A stretch of DNA of 64,000 nt from Sneathiella sp. (lineage in GTDB: Bacteria > Pseudomonadota > Alphaproteobacteria > Sneathiellales > Sneathiellaceae). The DNA lies in the NCBI RefSeq assembly GCF_036960985.1, contig NZ_JBALWD010000016.1:3998-67997 (forward strand), in the 5' to 3' direction. This document shows positions 39,255-49,135 of this stretch, in pieces (positions within the stretch are counted from its first letter, which is position 1; every line of letters begins with the position of its first letter). The position numbers and the translations under genes are program-made. Below the pieces are notes generated by a model that saw only the letters and a program-made list of their open reading frames with translations, was not told the DNA's origin and searched no databases.

Positions 39255-41063
39255 GTGACAGATACCAGGGAAGCCGAGATCCGGGCGAAAAACGCCGGAA
39301 AGCCGAAGCAGGGGATCAGCCGACTCTGGGAATTGTCACGATTCGTCAGCCCATATAAATGGGCCATGACGGGCGCGCTCATTGCTTTGGTCTTTGCGGC
39401 GGGTAGTACGCTCGGGATCGGGGAGGCAATCCGCCTGTTGCTGGATAAAGGGTTTTCCGCAAGCTCCGGCGCGTTGGAGCCCTATTTTATCTGGCTGATG
39501 GGCGTGGTTGCAGTGCTCGCGTTTGCCACCTTCGGGCGGTTCTATCTAGTATCTTGGATAGGGGAGCGGGTCATTGCCGATATTCGTAAAGCGGTTTTTG
39601 ATCATGTGCTTACCCTGAATCCAGCTTTTTTCGAAATTACCCGGACCGGGGAAGTGCTGTCGCGGCTGACAACAGATACGACTTTGATTCAGACCGTCAT
39701 CGGTTCGTCAATTTCTGTCGCCCTTCGAAATTTACTGTTGTTTGTGGGCGGACTTGTGATGTTGATTATCACCAGTCCTTCGCTGGCTGGAATTATCCTT
39801 TTGGTGGTCCCAGTTGTTATCATCCCGATTATCGTGTTTGGCCGCCAGGTCCGAAAACTCAGCCGGGCCAGCCAGGATAGCGTCGCCGCCGTCAGCGCCC
39901 GGGCTGATGAGACCCTGCGATCAATTCAGACCTCACAGGCGTATACCCATGAACAGCATGACCAGAGGCATTTCGCCGAAGAAGTCGAAACTAGCTTTCG
40001 CATTGCCATCAAGCGCATTCGCGCCCGTGCCTGGCTGACGGCGTTAGTGATTCTGTTGATTTTCGGCGCCATCGACTTTGTCTTATGGAGCGGGGCAACA
40101 GCGGTGGTCGGCGGGACGATGACAGCTGGTACTCTGGGTGCTTTTCTATTCTATGCGGTTGTGGTCGCTGGCTCCACTGGGTCGCTCAGTGAAGTTTGGG
40201 GCGATTTGCAGCGGGCGGCTGGCGCCTCGGAACGGTTGTTGGAAATATTAGCGGAAGAGCCGACGGTGAAGGTTGTCGATAATCCATTAACGCTGGACGA
40301 TCGGCTGCAGGATAAAATCAGTTTCGATGAGGTCTTGTTCCATTATCCCTCACGCCCGGACATGCCGGCAATGGAGAAGGTGTCGCTTGAGATAAAAAAA
40401 GGCGAGACGGTTGCTTTGGTTGGCCCCAGCGGCGCGGGTAAAACGACGGTATTTCAATTGCTCCTTCGGTTTTATGACCCGCAAAGCGGAGCGATTTCCA
40501 TAGATGGTACGGATATCGCGAAAACCGATCCAACCCGCTTACGTTCACTGATGGGACTGGTTCCGCAGGAACCGGTAATCTTCGCTGATACGGCTTATAA
40601 CAATATCCGGTATGGTCGGCCGGACGCTAGCGATGAAGAGGTACGTGCCGCTGCGGACGCTGCCGTGGCGACAGAATTTATCGATGCCATGCCGGAAGGC
40701 TTTCATACGGAGTTCGGTGAGCGCGGCATTAAATTGTCAGGCGGGCAAAAGCAACGCATCGCCATTGCCCGGGCGATTTTGCGCGATCCGGAGATTCTGC
40801 TCCTGGATGAGGCGACGTCGGCGCTGGATGCGGAAAGTGAGCGATTGGTGCAAGTCGCTTTGGAACATTTGATGAAAAACCGGACAACCCTGGTCATCGC
40901 TCACAGATTGGCAACAGTCCTGAATGCCGATCGGATCGTGGTGCTTGAGAATGGCGGCGTTGTCGCGGAAGGGACCCATGATGACCTGATGCGCGAAGAT
41001 GGCCTCTATGCCCGGCTTGCCAAGCTGCAGTTCGATACCGGACGTGCTGCACTTACTGCTTGA
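39255..41063 (+). CDS. ABC exporter, fused permease + ATPase (MsbA-like)
   Basis: Six-TM domain, GPSGAGKT, LSGGQKQRIAIARA, LDEATSALD; GTG 39255 preferred. Confidence 0.92.
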   Translation: MTDTREAEIRAKNAGKPKQGISRLWELSRFVSPYKWAMTGALIALVFAAGSTLGIGEAIRLLLDKGFSASSGALEPYFIWLMGVVAVLAFATFGRFYLVSWIGERVIADIRKAVFDHVLTLNPAFFEITRTGEVLSRLTTDTTLIQTVIGSSISVALRNLLLFVGGLVMLIITSPSLAGIILLVVPVVIIPIIVFGRQVRKLSRASQDSVAAVSARADETLRSIQTSQAYTHEQHDQRHFAEEVETSFRIAIKRIRARAWLTALVILLIFGAIDFVLWSGATAVVGGTMTAGTLGAFLFYAVVVAGSTGSLSEVWGDLQRAAGASERLLEILAEEPTVKVVDNPLTLDDRLQDKISFDEVLFHYPSRPDMPAMEKVSLEIKKGETVALVGPSGAGKTTVFQLLLRFYDPQSGAISIDGTDIAKTDPTRLRSLMGLVPQEPVIFADTAYNNIRYGRPDASDEEVRAAADAAVATEFIDAMPEGFHTEFGERGIKLSGGQKQRIAIARAILRDPEILLLDEATSALDAESERLVQVALEHLMKNRTTLVIAHRLATVLNADRIVVLENGGVVAEGTHDDLMREDGLYARLAKLQFDTGRAALTA

Positions 41064-41087
41064 AGAAAATTCGTTAGTTAATTGATC

Positions 41088-42140
41088 TTAAAGGTGTTCG
41101 ATGATGCGCTTAAGCTGTGAATCAATGGTTCGAGCGCCGAAATTTGCGTCATAATATGCACGGGCATCGGTTCCAAGGCTTGGAAGCTGGTCTCGATTTT
41201 CATATAGCTGTGCGACTTGTGTCGCGAGCGAATCGGCGTCTCCCGCTGCAATTTGCATCAATCCCTTTTCATCTGAGACCGGATAAGCGCTGGAACGCCG
41301 CGTGACAACAGGTTTGCCGCAGGCCAGGGATTGATACACTTTGTTTGGAATGACCCGAGCCGCTTTGTCGCTTTCTCCAAATATTCCCAGCAATACGTCA
41401 GCTTTATGAATTCGAGCCGGTATTTCTAAATAGGGAAGAGGGGGTGTAAAAACGATATTATCCTGTCCGGCGGCCAATTCTTCACAACGCGGCCGCTCAG
41501 GGCCTTCACCGATCAATGTCCATAGCACAGGGGCGGTACAACGTTTAGCGGCCTCCACGATGATGTGAGGCGCCTGTAGGCCAATAAAACTGCCATAGAA
41601 CAGCGCTTCAAAGGGTTCTGCTCGAGATGGCGCCGGAGACTCTGCTGGTTTGAAGAGGGCTTCTTCCGCGCCGACCGCGACGACGCCAATTTTTTCTTTG
41701 GGAACAGCAAACGTGTCGGTGAAAAATTCTGCATGTCCGTTGGTATCGGCAATGACCCTGTCTGCGGCCTTCAAGATGTGCGTTTCCCAAGCAAGAAGCT
41801 TTCGGCCTTTGACTGATGTCGAGCTAAATTTTGACCGCTCAAATACCTGTTTGTCATAAGCGGATATCAAGGGATCGAATATCAGGGGAATGTTTCGAGA
41901 AGCGGCCCAGCGAGCAGCTGCCGCGACATCGCGTTGACGAAAGGCCGGCACCCACACCAGCTCCGGTGTTTCAACATGTGTAAGTTTTGCCTGAATATCG
42001 GCAATGGAGCTGATCTGTGGCCTAAAATCGATGACGCGCCACCCGAGATTTGAGAAGGCTTGTCGCAGGATGCGGTTCCGCGAATAATCTGGGTCAAACC
42101 GTCCCCACCATAATACGCTGCGCGGTGCGTCGCGGGCCAT
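41088..42140 (-). CDS. Glycosyltransferase (GT-B, family 4-like)
   Basis: FYGSFIGLQ, ADVLLGIFG...VIPNKVYQSLACGKPVV; ATG 42140 overlaps the upstream TGA. Confidence 0.85.
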   Translation of the reverse strand: MARDAPRSVLWWGRFDPDYSRNRILRQAFSNLGWRVIDFRPQISSIADIQAKLTHVETPELVWVPAFRQRDVAAAARWAASRNIPLIFDPLISAYDKQVFERSKFSSTSVKGRKLLAWETHILKAADRVIADTNGHAEFFTDTFAVPKEKIGVVAVGAEEALFKPAESPAPSRAEPFEALFYGSFIGLQAPHIIVEAAKRCTAPVLWTLIGEGPERPRCEELAAGQDNIVFTPPLPYLEIPARIHKADVLLGIFGESDKAARVIPNKVYQSLACGKPVVTRRSSAYPVSDEKGLMQIAAGDADSLATQVAQLYENRDQLPSLGTDARAYYDANFGARTIDSQLKRIIEHL

Positions 42141-43063
42141 CAGCTTTTCAGTTCCAGTTGTTCGATAACGGTCTGTAATGGTAAATCCGCAAGATTGTCT
42201 TCTCGCAGAACCCGCACATCTGGGCCACGGGGGCGCGACATATCCGGGTTGGAAGCTTTTGAGAAAAGCACGACCGTCGGACATCCAACCGCTGCGATAA
42301 GATGCAAGGGCCCTGTATCATTGCCTATCGCCAGCCGGGCCTGCGCGCCAAGACTGGCAATATCTCCAAAGCTGGTTTGTGAAGAGAGATCCAGAGCGCT
42401 TGGGCAGAGATGCCGGATTTCCGCGATGACTTCTGCTTCCGCTGGCCCACCTAATAAGACCGGGGTCAACTCGTTACTGTGAAGGTGACCGGCCAGTTCA
42501 CCAAATCGCGCCGCAGGCCATCTTTTCTCTGGACGGTGAGCTGATCCACCCGGTACTAACAAAGCGAGCTCAGGTGGTAGGTGGAATTTAGATATGTCAG
42601 TCATCGCCCAGGCAAAGTCGGCCGCCGGAATATCTGTGAGGCCGATGACAGATAATTGATCAATATGTCGCTCAATGGTGTGAATTTTGGTTCGCAAAGG
42701 ACTTAAATGAGGGTGAGAACCTGCTTTAGCGTACCCACACCATTCAGGCTTCTGGCCCGCGGGGAATAGCTTGAAATAACTGTTTGTACGTTCTGAGGTC
42801 TGTAAGTCATACACCCGATCAAACTCTGCTGAGCGTAGTTTTTTCCGGAATGTTGCGAGATGTTTGAAATTCCATGGCTTTGGCTTGTCGTCTACCCACA
42901 CGTCATCAAACAAACCAGATTTTTCCAGAAACTCGGCAAAGGGTTTAGTCGTCAGCAGCGTAATCTTGGCATCGGGATGATGTTGTCGGATGGCCTGGAA
43001 AGGAGATTGCGCCAATATGACGTCACCAAGGGCACCGTGCTTGATGACCAGAATATTCTTCAT
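42140..43063 (-). CDS. Glycosyltransferase family 9 (LPS heptosyltransferase-like)
   Basis: ILVIKHGALGDV, KRWP, GNDTGPLHLIAA. Confidence 0.92.
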   Translation of the reverse strand: MKNILVIKHGALGDVILAQSPFQAIRQHHPDAKITLLTTKPFAEFLEKSGLFDDVWVDDKPKPWNFKHLATFRKKLRSAEFDRVYDLQTSERTNSYFKLFPAGQKPEWCGYAKAGSHPHLSPLRTKIHTIERHIDQLSVIGLTDIPAADFAWAMTDISKFHLPPELALLVPGGSAHRPEKRWPAARFGELAGHLHSNELTPVLLGGPAEAEVIAEIRHLCPSALDLSSQTSFGDIASLGAQARLAIGNDTGPLHLIAAVGCPTVVLFSKASNPDMSRPRGPDVRVLREDNLADLPLQTVIEQLELKS

Positions 43064-43074
43064 TCTGCCGATCC

Positions 43075-44499
43075 CTATCGTTCTGTGAGCTTTAATTCAA
43101 TCCGGCGATTACGCAGATACCCGATTTCATCTTCCCGATCATCAATGGGTTGAAATTCTCCAAAACCCGTTGGTGCCAGTCTGTTCGCCGGAATGCCCTG
43201 ACTGATCAGGAATTTCGTGACGGATAAGGCACGGGCCATTGAAAGTTCCCAATTGGAGGGGAAGCGGGCGGTATTGATAGGCTGACTGTCCGTATGGCCG
43301 TCTACTCTAAGGATCCAGTCGATATCTTTGGGTATGTCTTTTGAGATGCCAAGAAGGGTTGCTGCAAATTTTGCCATATCCTGCCTGCCTTGTGGACCGA
43401 GCTGGGCCTGACCCTCACCAAACAACACTTCGGATTGAAAAACAAACCGGTCACCAACGATACTGATACCGGGGCGATTTTTGAGCACTTCTCTTAGTTT
43501 TCCGAAAAATTCAGATCGATACTGTTGTAGCTCCTGTACCTTTTGCGCGAGGGCCTGATTGAGACGGCTACCCAAATCGGCTATTTGCGCTTGCTGTTCG
43601 ACGTCTTTCACTTCGCTGGCTTCCAAAGCCTGGTTCAATTTTGCCAGTTCAGTTCTCAGGGAATTTATCTGCACGTTCAGTAACGCAACCTGTGAGGCGG
43701 CAGCCGCGGATAGAGCTTCTTCTTCCGTTAATTTATCCTGCGTTTGCAGATAGAGGGTCTGCAATTCAGCCAACCGGATCTCGCGCTCTTCGATATCTTT
43801 TTGAGCCAACACCGTTCGATCTGTTTCTTCTGCAAGACGCGCTTCGAGCTCTTTGCTGCGATCTCGCAGGCTCCCGACTTCGGTTTCGCTTGAAGCCAAT
43901 TTTGATGTCAGTTCTTTGAGTTGTTCATCACTCAGTTGCAGTTTGGCTGCCATATCGCTGACATCTGTTTCCAGTTTTGTACGCAGAATCTCCAACGCCA
44001 CGATATCACGTTTCAGACTTTCAAGTTCAGCCAGGTTGGCTCTGACAACATCTTCACTTACCACTAATTTTTCGGTGCTTTCGGCAAGTGCGGTTTCGGC
44101 TGCCGTCGCTTTTTCTGTTTGCTCTTTAAGTAAAATAGTCAGCCGATCACGATCTTCCTCAGCGGAGAGGGCGCGGCTGTTGAGTGTATCCAATTGGATA
44201 ATAACGTTATCCCGCTCTTCTTGCGTGCGGGCGAGATCGATCGTTATTTGGCTGATCTCATTTTCAAGTTGGGCACTGGTGCCGCGCTCAAGAGCGAGTA
44301 AGTCGGAAAGCTCGTTTACCTGTTGGTTTAGTTTTTCAAGGGCGGCGTCTCGGCCAGAGAGAGCCTGCGATAAGAAAAATTGCGCCAGGACGAACACCAC
44401 AAGCAGGAAAATAATGACCAACAACAGTGTGGTAAGGGCGTCGACAAAGCCGGGCCATATTTCATAATTGGCGCGTTGTCCGCTGCGTCTACGGGCCAT
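43075..44499 (-). CDS. MotB/OmpA-like peptidoglycan-binding protein with long coiled coil
   Basis: WPGFVDAL TM with conserved Asp, ~300-aa heptad-rich region, VDGHTD...NWELS..RA...NRRIE. Confidence 0.85.
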   Translation of the reverse strand: MARRRSGQRANYEIWPGFVDALTTLLLVIIFLLVVFVLAQFFLSQALSGRDAALEKLNQQVNELSDLLALERGTSAQLENEISQITIDLARTQEERDNVIIQLDTLNSRALSAEEDRDRLTILLKEQTEKATAAETALAESTEKLVVSEDVVRANLAELESLKRDIVALEILRTKLETDVSDMAAKLQLSDEQLKELTSKLASSETEVGSLRDRSKELEARLAEETDRTVLAQKDIEEREIRLAELQTLYLQTQDKLTEEEALSAAAASQVALLNVQINSLRTELAKLNQALEASEVKDVEQQAQIADLGSRLNQALAQKVQELQQYRSEFFGKLREVLKNRPGISIVGDRFVFQSEVLFGEGQAQLGPQGRQDMAKFAATLLGISKDIPKDIDWILRVDGHTDSQPINTARFPSNWELSMARALSVTKFLISQGIPANRLAPTGFGEFQPIDDREDEIGYLRNRRIELKLTER

Positions 44500-44531
44500 T
44501 ACTCACTCCGTCATCCGCTGCTTGCACAATA

Positions 44532-45734
44532 TTATCCACGACGGCTTTCTTCTGCGATCGCGGCAATTGTTCGGGTTAAAAGCTTGATATCACTGCGAAT
44601 TTCCTGAACCATCAACTCACGTCCATCGGCGCTTTCTTCCAGCATTCGCACCATATGAACATCCATGTTACGCAAATGATTTCGGCTGGCCTGATCCAAT
44701 CCGGCCTGTTCTCCAGATTTGGCAAGTCGTTCAAGGACGGGCTTCAGGTCCGTTTGGCCTTCAGCCAACTTGATCAGTAAATCCTGCTCAGTCCGCATCT
44801 GGTCGGTCAGTGCCGCAAGACGTTCGCTGAGCCCAATAAAGGAGTTCTCGGCAGAACCACGTTTGTCCTCATTTCGGACAAGTGTGCGTTGCAAGTTATT
44901 CAGGCTTTCAGCCGTCTGCTCCAGCAACGCCTGAACATAAGCTGGGACGCTTTGCTCCCCTTCAGCAACAACGCCGGGAGTTGAGGCGGAGAACCGGGTG
45001 ATGGACGTCAGCCATTCTTCCAGATCCGTGTAAAACCTGTTTTGGGCCTGACCAGCCTGCATATCCAGAAATCCAAGGACCAAAGATCCGGACAAACCAA
45101 ACAAGGAAGATGAAAACGCGATCGCCATGCCAGCCAGTGGCTTTTCCAATCCAACTTTGAGCTCATCGAAAACTTTGGAAAAATCGCCGCCGCCAACATT
45201 GAGTGTTGAAATAGCGGCACCAACGGAATCGACTGTTTCAAGCAAACCCCAAAACGTACCGAGCAGGCCTAGAAAAACAAGGACATTGATCATGTAACGC
45301 GAAATATCACGGCCTTCGTCTAGTCGCGTTCCAATGCTGTCGAGGATCGTGTTCATGGTAATGGCCGTAAGCCGCACGGGACCTTTAGAATCCCCAATAA
45401 TCGTGGCGAGCGGAGCGAGAAGTTTGGGGCCGCGTAAGGGAGGCGCGCCGGCGTCGAGCCGTCGCAACCCCTGTATCCAATTAACTTCGCCCGAAAGTAT
45501 GAATACTTGGCGCAGAATGAAGCCAATACCAAATAGCAATACCAAGAGTATCAATCCGTTCAATGCCGGGTTTGCTAAAAAGGCTGTTTGTATCGGTTGG
45601 TATAAAAAGGCGGCAATGGCAGCCACAATTACCAAAAATATGGCCATCCGGATATAGTATCTCCGGGGCTTCTTGATATTGGGGGCCCCGATAAGGCTGG
45701 GTGCTTCTAATCCGGATAGGCTTGTCATTGTCAC
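44532..45734 (-). CDS. MotA/TolQ/ExbB-like proton channel protein with C-terminal tail
   Basis: Four hydrophobic segments, LGLLGTFWG, AFSSSLFG, ~165-aa polar C-terminal tail. Confidence 0.8.
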   Translation of the reverse strand: MTMTSLSGLEAPSLIGAPNIKKPRRYYIRMAIFLVIVAAIAAFLYQPIQTAFLANPALNGLILLVLLFGIGFILRQVFILSGEVNWIQGLRRLDAGAPPLRGPKLLAPLATIIGDSKGPVRLTAITMNTILDSIGTRLDEGRDISRYMINVLVFLGLLGTFWGLLETVDSVGAAISTLNVGGGDFSKVFDELKVGLEKPLAGMAIAFSSSLFGLSGSLVLGFLDMQAGQAQNRFYTDLEEWLTSITRFSASTPGVVAEGEQSVPAYVQALLEQTAESLNNLQRTLVRNEDKRGSAENSFIGLSERLAALTDQMRTEQDLLIKLAEGQTDLKPVLERLAKSGEQAGLDQASRNHLRNMDVHMVRMLEESADGRELMVQEIRSDIKLLTRTIAAIAEESRRG

Positions 45735-46789
45735 CGCGCAATCATTACTAGGTCAACACGATCTACAGGACCATCACCGGTTGGCTGGCCAAGAGCCCGT
45801 ACTTCGATCTTATTATTCTTTACACCCAAGTCTATCAGTTTCGATCGGACGGAAAGCGCCCGACCCAAAGATAGGCGGCGGGCCGCACTATTGCTGTCTC
45901 CAGTCGCGTAGGCGATCAGTTGGACATTTTGCCCCTCGGTCTGAAGTTGGTCGGCAATGGCTTGGATTTCAGTTTCTGCAGATCCCGGAAGCGCTGCTTC
46001 GCCCGCCGGAAACAGAATGCGTGTCATGTCGCCGGTCGCCCGTTTCATAGGCAACGCACCGGGCTTCTTTTCTGGCGTTAAAGCGGCAACAACGATTTCT
46101 TTTTCTTCCGGTTGCTCTTCTTTAACGTCAGCTTGTTGAGATGTCGGAGCGGTTTCGTTCGGTTCGGATTGCTTTTCAACTACTTCTGCTTGCGGCGGCA
46201 AAGGGGCAATTTCTTCTGGCTTGCTGATCGCGTCGACGGTTGCCATTTTTGTCTCTGCATCGGAAGCCACATCCTGCTTTACAGTAGCGGCTTCTGCTGC
46301 CGTCGGCAAAGGTGTGGTCGCAGCCAGAGCGGTTTTCTCCGGAACAGTTTCAAATTTTTCGGGGGCTTCGGGGCTTGATGCAAGCTCTGCTGTTTCTTTG
46401 GGTGGAAGTTTTGCCGGATTAATTGGTGGCACAGGTGTCGTTGTTATTTCAACAGGTGTTGGCGCGGCGTCGACAGCCGCAGTTTCCGGCAAGGAAATCT
46501 CCGGCTTCATCCGCGGAGTGACAATCTTCGCCGCAGGCACCTTTTTCTGCAAACTTGGCGGAATCAGTATAATGACATCGCTGCCATCAATTATTCGCTG
46601 TGGTGCCGTATATTTCGTATCGGACCTCGGCGTCGGCAAATTGACGCTAACGCCCGAGTTATCTGTACCTGATATGACAATTGGCTGCGCGGCAAAGGCA
46701 GTTGTATGGCTTACACTGGCCAGAGATACTGTCAGGGCACAAGCACCAAGGAGGAGGCGCGCATTTACTGCTTTATTTGTCAAAACCAT
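45731..46789 (-). CDS. OmpA-family domain protein with Pro/Ala/Glu-rich linker
   Basis: Signal peptide, low-complexity linker, C-terminal ARRLSLGRALSVR...EVRALG...DRVD. Confidence 0.82.
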   Translation of the reverse strand: MVLTNKAVNARLLLGACALTVSLASVSHTTAFAAQPIVISGTDNSGVSVNLPTPRSDTKYTAPQRIIDGSDVIILIPPSLQKKVPAAKIVTPRMKPEISLPETAAVDAAPTPVEITTTPVPPINPAKLPPKETAELASSPEAPEKFETVPEKTALAATTPLPTAAEAATVKQDVASDAETKMATVDAISKPEEIAPLPPQAEVVEKQSEPNETAPTSQQADVKEEQPEEKEIVVAALTPEKKPGALPMKRATGDMTRILFPAGEAALPGSAETEIQAIADQLQTEGQNVQLIAYATGDSNSAARRLSLGRALSVRSKLIDLGVKNNKIEVRALGQPTGDGPVDRVDLVMIAR

Positions 46790-47009
46790 TACTTACCTCC
46801 CTCTTGTTTGATGCTGGATATCTGAATCCGTAGCATCGATACCGCGTTCGTCATGAAACTTGCCAACTGAAAATGGCAACTTTGCGGCATGATGAACATT
46901 CGCGATGTACAATAACTTAGCAAGGGCTCCCTCACAATCCCTTAGTTTTGAGTCAAATTTGACGCATTAGAAGCGTGAGGTATACGAGGAAGAGTTTGTT
47001 TCCAGTTAT

Positions 47010-47813
47010 TTAGCGACCCAGACGGATCTTTCGGAAAATATCGAGCATGGATTTATTGATACCGCCAGCCGTGGCTAATATATCGCCTTTTTCAAGCATT
47101 TTATCTCCGCCATCTAGCTGACTGACCATCGCGCCAGCTTCTCGGGCGATAACAATACCGGCAGCCATATCCCATTCTTTCAAATTGCGTTCCCAGAAGC
47201 CGTCAAAGCGACCGGCGGCAACATAAGCAAGGTCGAGAGAGGCGACGCCAAATCGGCGAATGCCTGCAGAAACTTCCATAACCGCTTCGGCCTCTTTAAG
47301 GAATTTGTCGTGATCGGCAATTCCGGCAAACGGAATTCCTGTCGCCAGAATACAATCAGCCATGTTTTTCCGGTTTGAAACTCGAAGGCGGCGGCTGTTC
47401 ATATAAGCACCAACGCCTTTTTCTGCCCAGAAAAGTTCATCGCGGATCGGATCAAGCACAATACCTGCTATAACTTCTTTACCGGCCTTGACCCCGATGG
47501 AAATGGCAAAATGCGGTAAGCCATGTAAGAAATTGGTGGTACCATCTAACGGGTCAATAACCCAATTATGGATACCATCTTTGGACGGAACGACGCCGCC
47601 TTCTTCAAGGATAAATCCGAATTCTGGCCGTAACCGACTTAGTTCCTCACGCAGCGTTGCTTCCGCGGTCAGGTCCGCCTGGCTTACAAAATCGGCGGGT
47701 CCTTTTCGCGATACCTGTAAATGCTCAACTTCGTTAAAGTCGCGATTAAGTTTCCGAGCGGCTTTGCGCGCGGATAATTCCATTGCGTTGATAAGGGCGG
47801 ATTTTTTCGCCAT
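47010..47813 (-). CDS. suhB: Inositol monophosphatase SuhB
   Basis: DFVSQAD, WVIDPLDGTTNF, WDMAAG. Confidence 0.92.
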   Translation of the reverse strand: MAKKSALINAMELSARKAARKLNRDFNEVEHLQVSRKGPADFVSQADLTAEATLREELSRLRPEFGFILEEGGVVPSKDGIHNWVIDPLDGTTNFLHGLPHFAISIGVKAGKEVIAGIVLDPIRDELFWAEKGVGAYMNSRRLRVSNRKNMADCILATGIPFAGIADHDKFLKEAEAVMEVSAGIRRFGVASLDLAYVAAGRFDGFWERNLKEWDMAAGIVIAREAGAMVSQLDGGDKMLEKGDILATAGGINKSMLDIFRKIRLGR

Positions 47814-47854
47814 AGTATTTTACCTGATTAAATTCCGGGAAAAGGACGGCCCGA

Positions 47855-48418
47855 TTATTCCGTGCGTTTAAGATATTCCGATGTTTCTGTATTCACGATG
47901 ACTTTTTCGCCAGTTCCGCAGAACGGCGGAACCATGATCCGGACACCATTTTCCATAATAGCGGGCTTATAAGAAGAAGCCGCCGTCTGGCCTTTCACGG
48001 TTGGTTCGGTTTCAGTGATTTCCAAAGTGACGTATTCCGGCAGAATTACGGTGAGGGGACTGTCTTCATGAAATTCGATTTCTACTGCCATACCATCCTG
48101 AAGATAAACGGCTCGCTCACCAATCATATCGCTTGCAATAGAAACCTGATCATAGGTGTTCGTGTCCATGAACGTCAGCATATCGCCATCAGCAAACAGA
48201 TATTGATGCGGCTTCTGTTCAAGCCGTACCTTTTCAACAGACTCGGAGGCCCGAAACCGTTCATTTAGTTTCGTCCCATCGCGTAGATTTTTAAGCTCTA
48301 CCTGAAGATAGGCTCCGCCTTTTCCAGGCTGTGTATGTTGAATTTTAACAGCGACCCAAAGGCCACCTTTATGTTCAACCACGTTTCCGGGGCGAACTGC
48401 GTTTCCATTTATTTTCAT
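47855..48418 (-). CDS. efp: Elongation factor P
   Basis: [20 protein letters not shown]. Confidence 0.96.
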   Translation of the reverse strand: MKINGNAVRPGNVVEHKGGLWVAVKIQHTQPGKGGAYLQVELKNLRDGTKLNERFRASESVEKVRLEQKPHQYLFADGDMLTFMDTNTYDQVSIASDMIGERAVYLQDGMAVEIEFHEDSPLTVILPEYVTLEITETEPTVKGQTAASSYKPAIMENGVRIMVPPFCGTGEKVIVNTETSEYLKRTE

Positions 48419-48465
48419 GACTGAACTCTATTTGCTCGACGTTAATTTTTATGGCCGGGACCCTA

Positions 48466-49125
48466 TCAGGTTGCTATTACCTTATCAATCATACGATTGA
48501 AATCACTCACCGCCTGTTTCGGGCCCGTCTTGTAGTTCCAAACGCCAGCTGACACGGAAAGAAAGTCCGCACCACTTTCAATCAGCGCCGGTGCATTTTC
48601 TACAGTAATGCCGCCGATGGCAACGCAAGGCGTTTCGATAAGGTCGGAGCACCAACTGAGAATGTCAACATCAGCGCGGGTCGTCTCATCTTTAGTCGTC
48701 GAGGGGAAGAAAGCCCCGAAGGCCACATAGTCAGCGCCATTTTCGGCTGCCTGCATTGCCAAATGTTTGGAATTTTTACATGTGACGCCGATAATAGCGT
48801 CCGTACCAACGATTGCCCGTGCGTCCTTAATCGGCATGTCGTCTTGCCCAATATGAACCCCGTCGGCATTTAACTCGTGAGCGAGTTCCGGATCATCATT
48901 CAGTAAGAATGCGACATTGGCAGCTTGGGCGATGGGCATCAAACGCTTCGCAGCGGCAGAGATTTCTTCTCGAGGACGATCTTTCAGCCGAAGCTGAAAA
49001 CAGGCTACATCGCCACCTTGTAAAGCCTCTTTAAAAGCGACTTCGAAACTGTCCAGATCTATCTCTGCTGGAGAGATTAAATAAAGCCGAGTGGGTATTC
49101 TGTCGAGTAAATTTTGGTCTTGCAT
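48466..49125 (-). CDS. thiE: Thiamine-phosphate synthase
   Basis: FQLRLK, LLNDD, DGVHIGQDD, YVAFG, VAIGGI. Confidence 0.93.
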   Translation of the reverse strand: MQDQNLLDRIPTRLYLISPAEIDLDSFEVAFKEALQGGDVACFQLRLKDRPREEISAAAKRLMPIAQAANVAFLLNDDPELAHELNADGVHIGQDDMPIKDARAIVGTDAIIGVTCKNSKHLAMQAAENGADYVAFGAFFPSTTKDETTRADVDILSWCSDLIETPCVAIGGITVENAPALIESGADFLSVSAGVWNYKTGPKQAVSDFNRMIDKVIAT

Positions 49126-49135
49126 TTACGTCGAC

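Noticed and set aside
43075-45734. Zorya (ZorAB) anti-phage system or flagellar motAB
   Set aside because: No ZorC/D/E effectors or flagellar genes nearby, the context is core genome, and the long coiled coil is on the B subunit; kept only as an architectural analogy.
46874-46889. Sigma54 promoter (GG-N10-GC)
   Set aside because: The -12 element is CGGC rather than TTGC, and it points away from the downstream operon.
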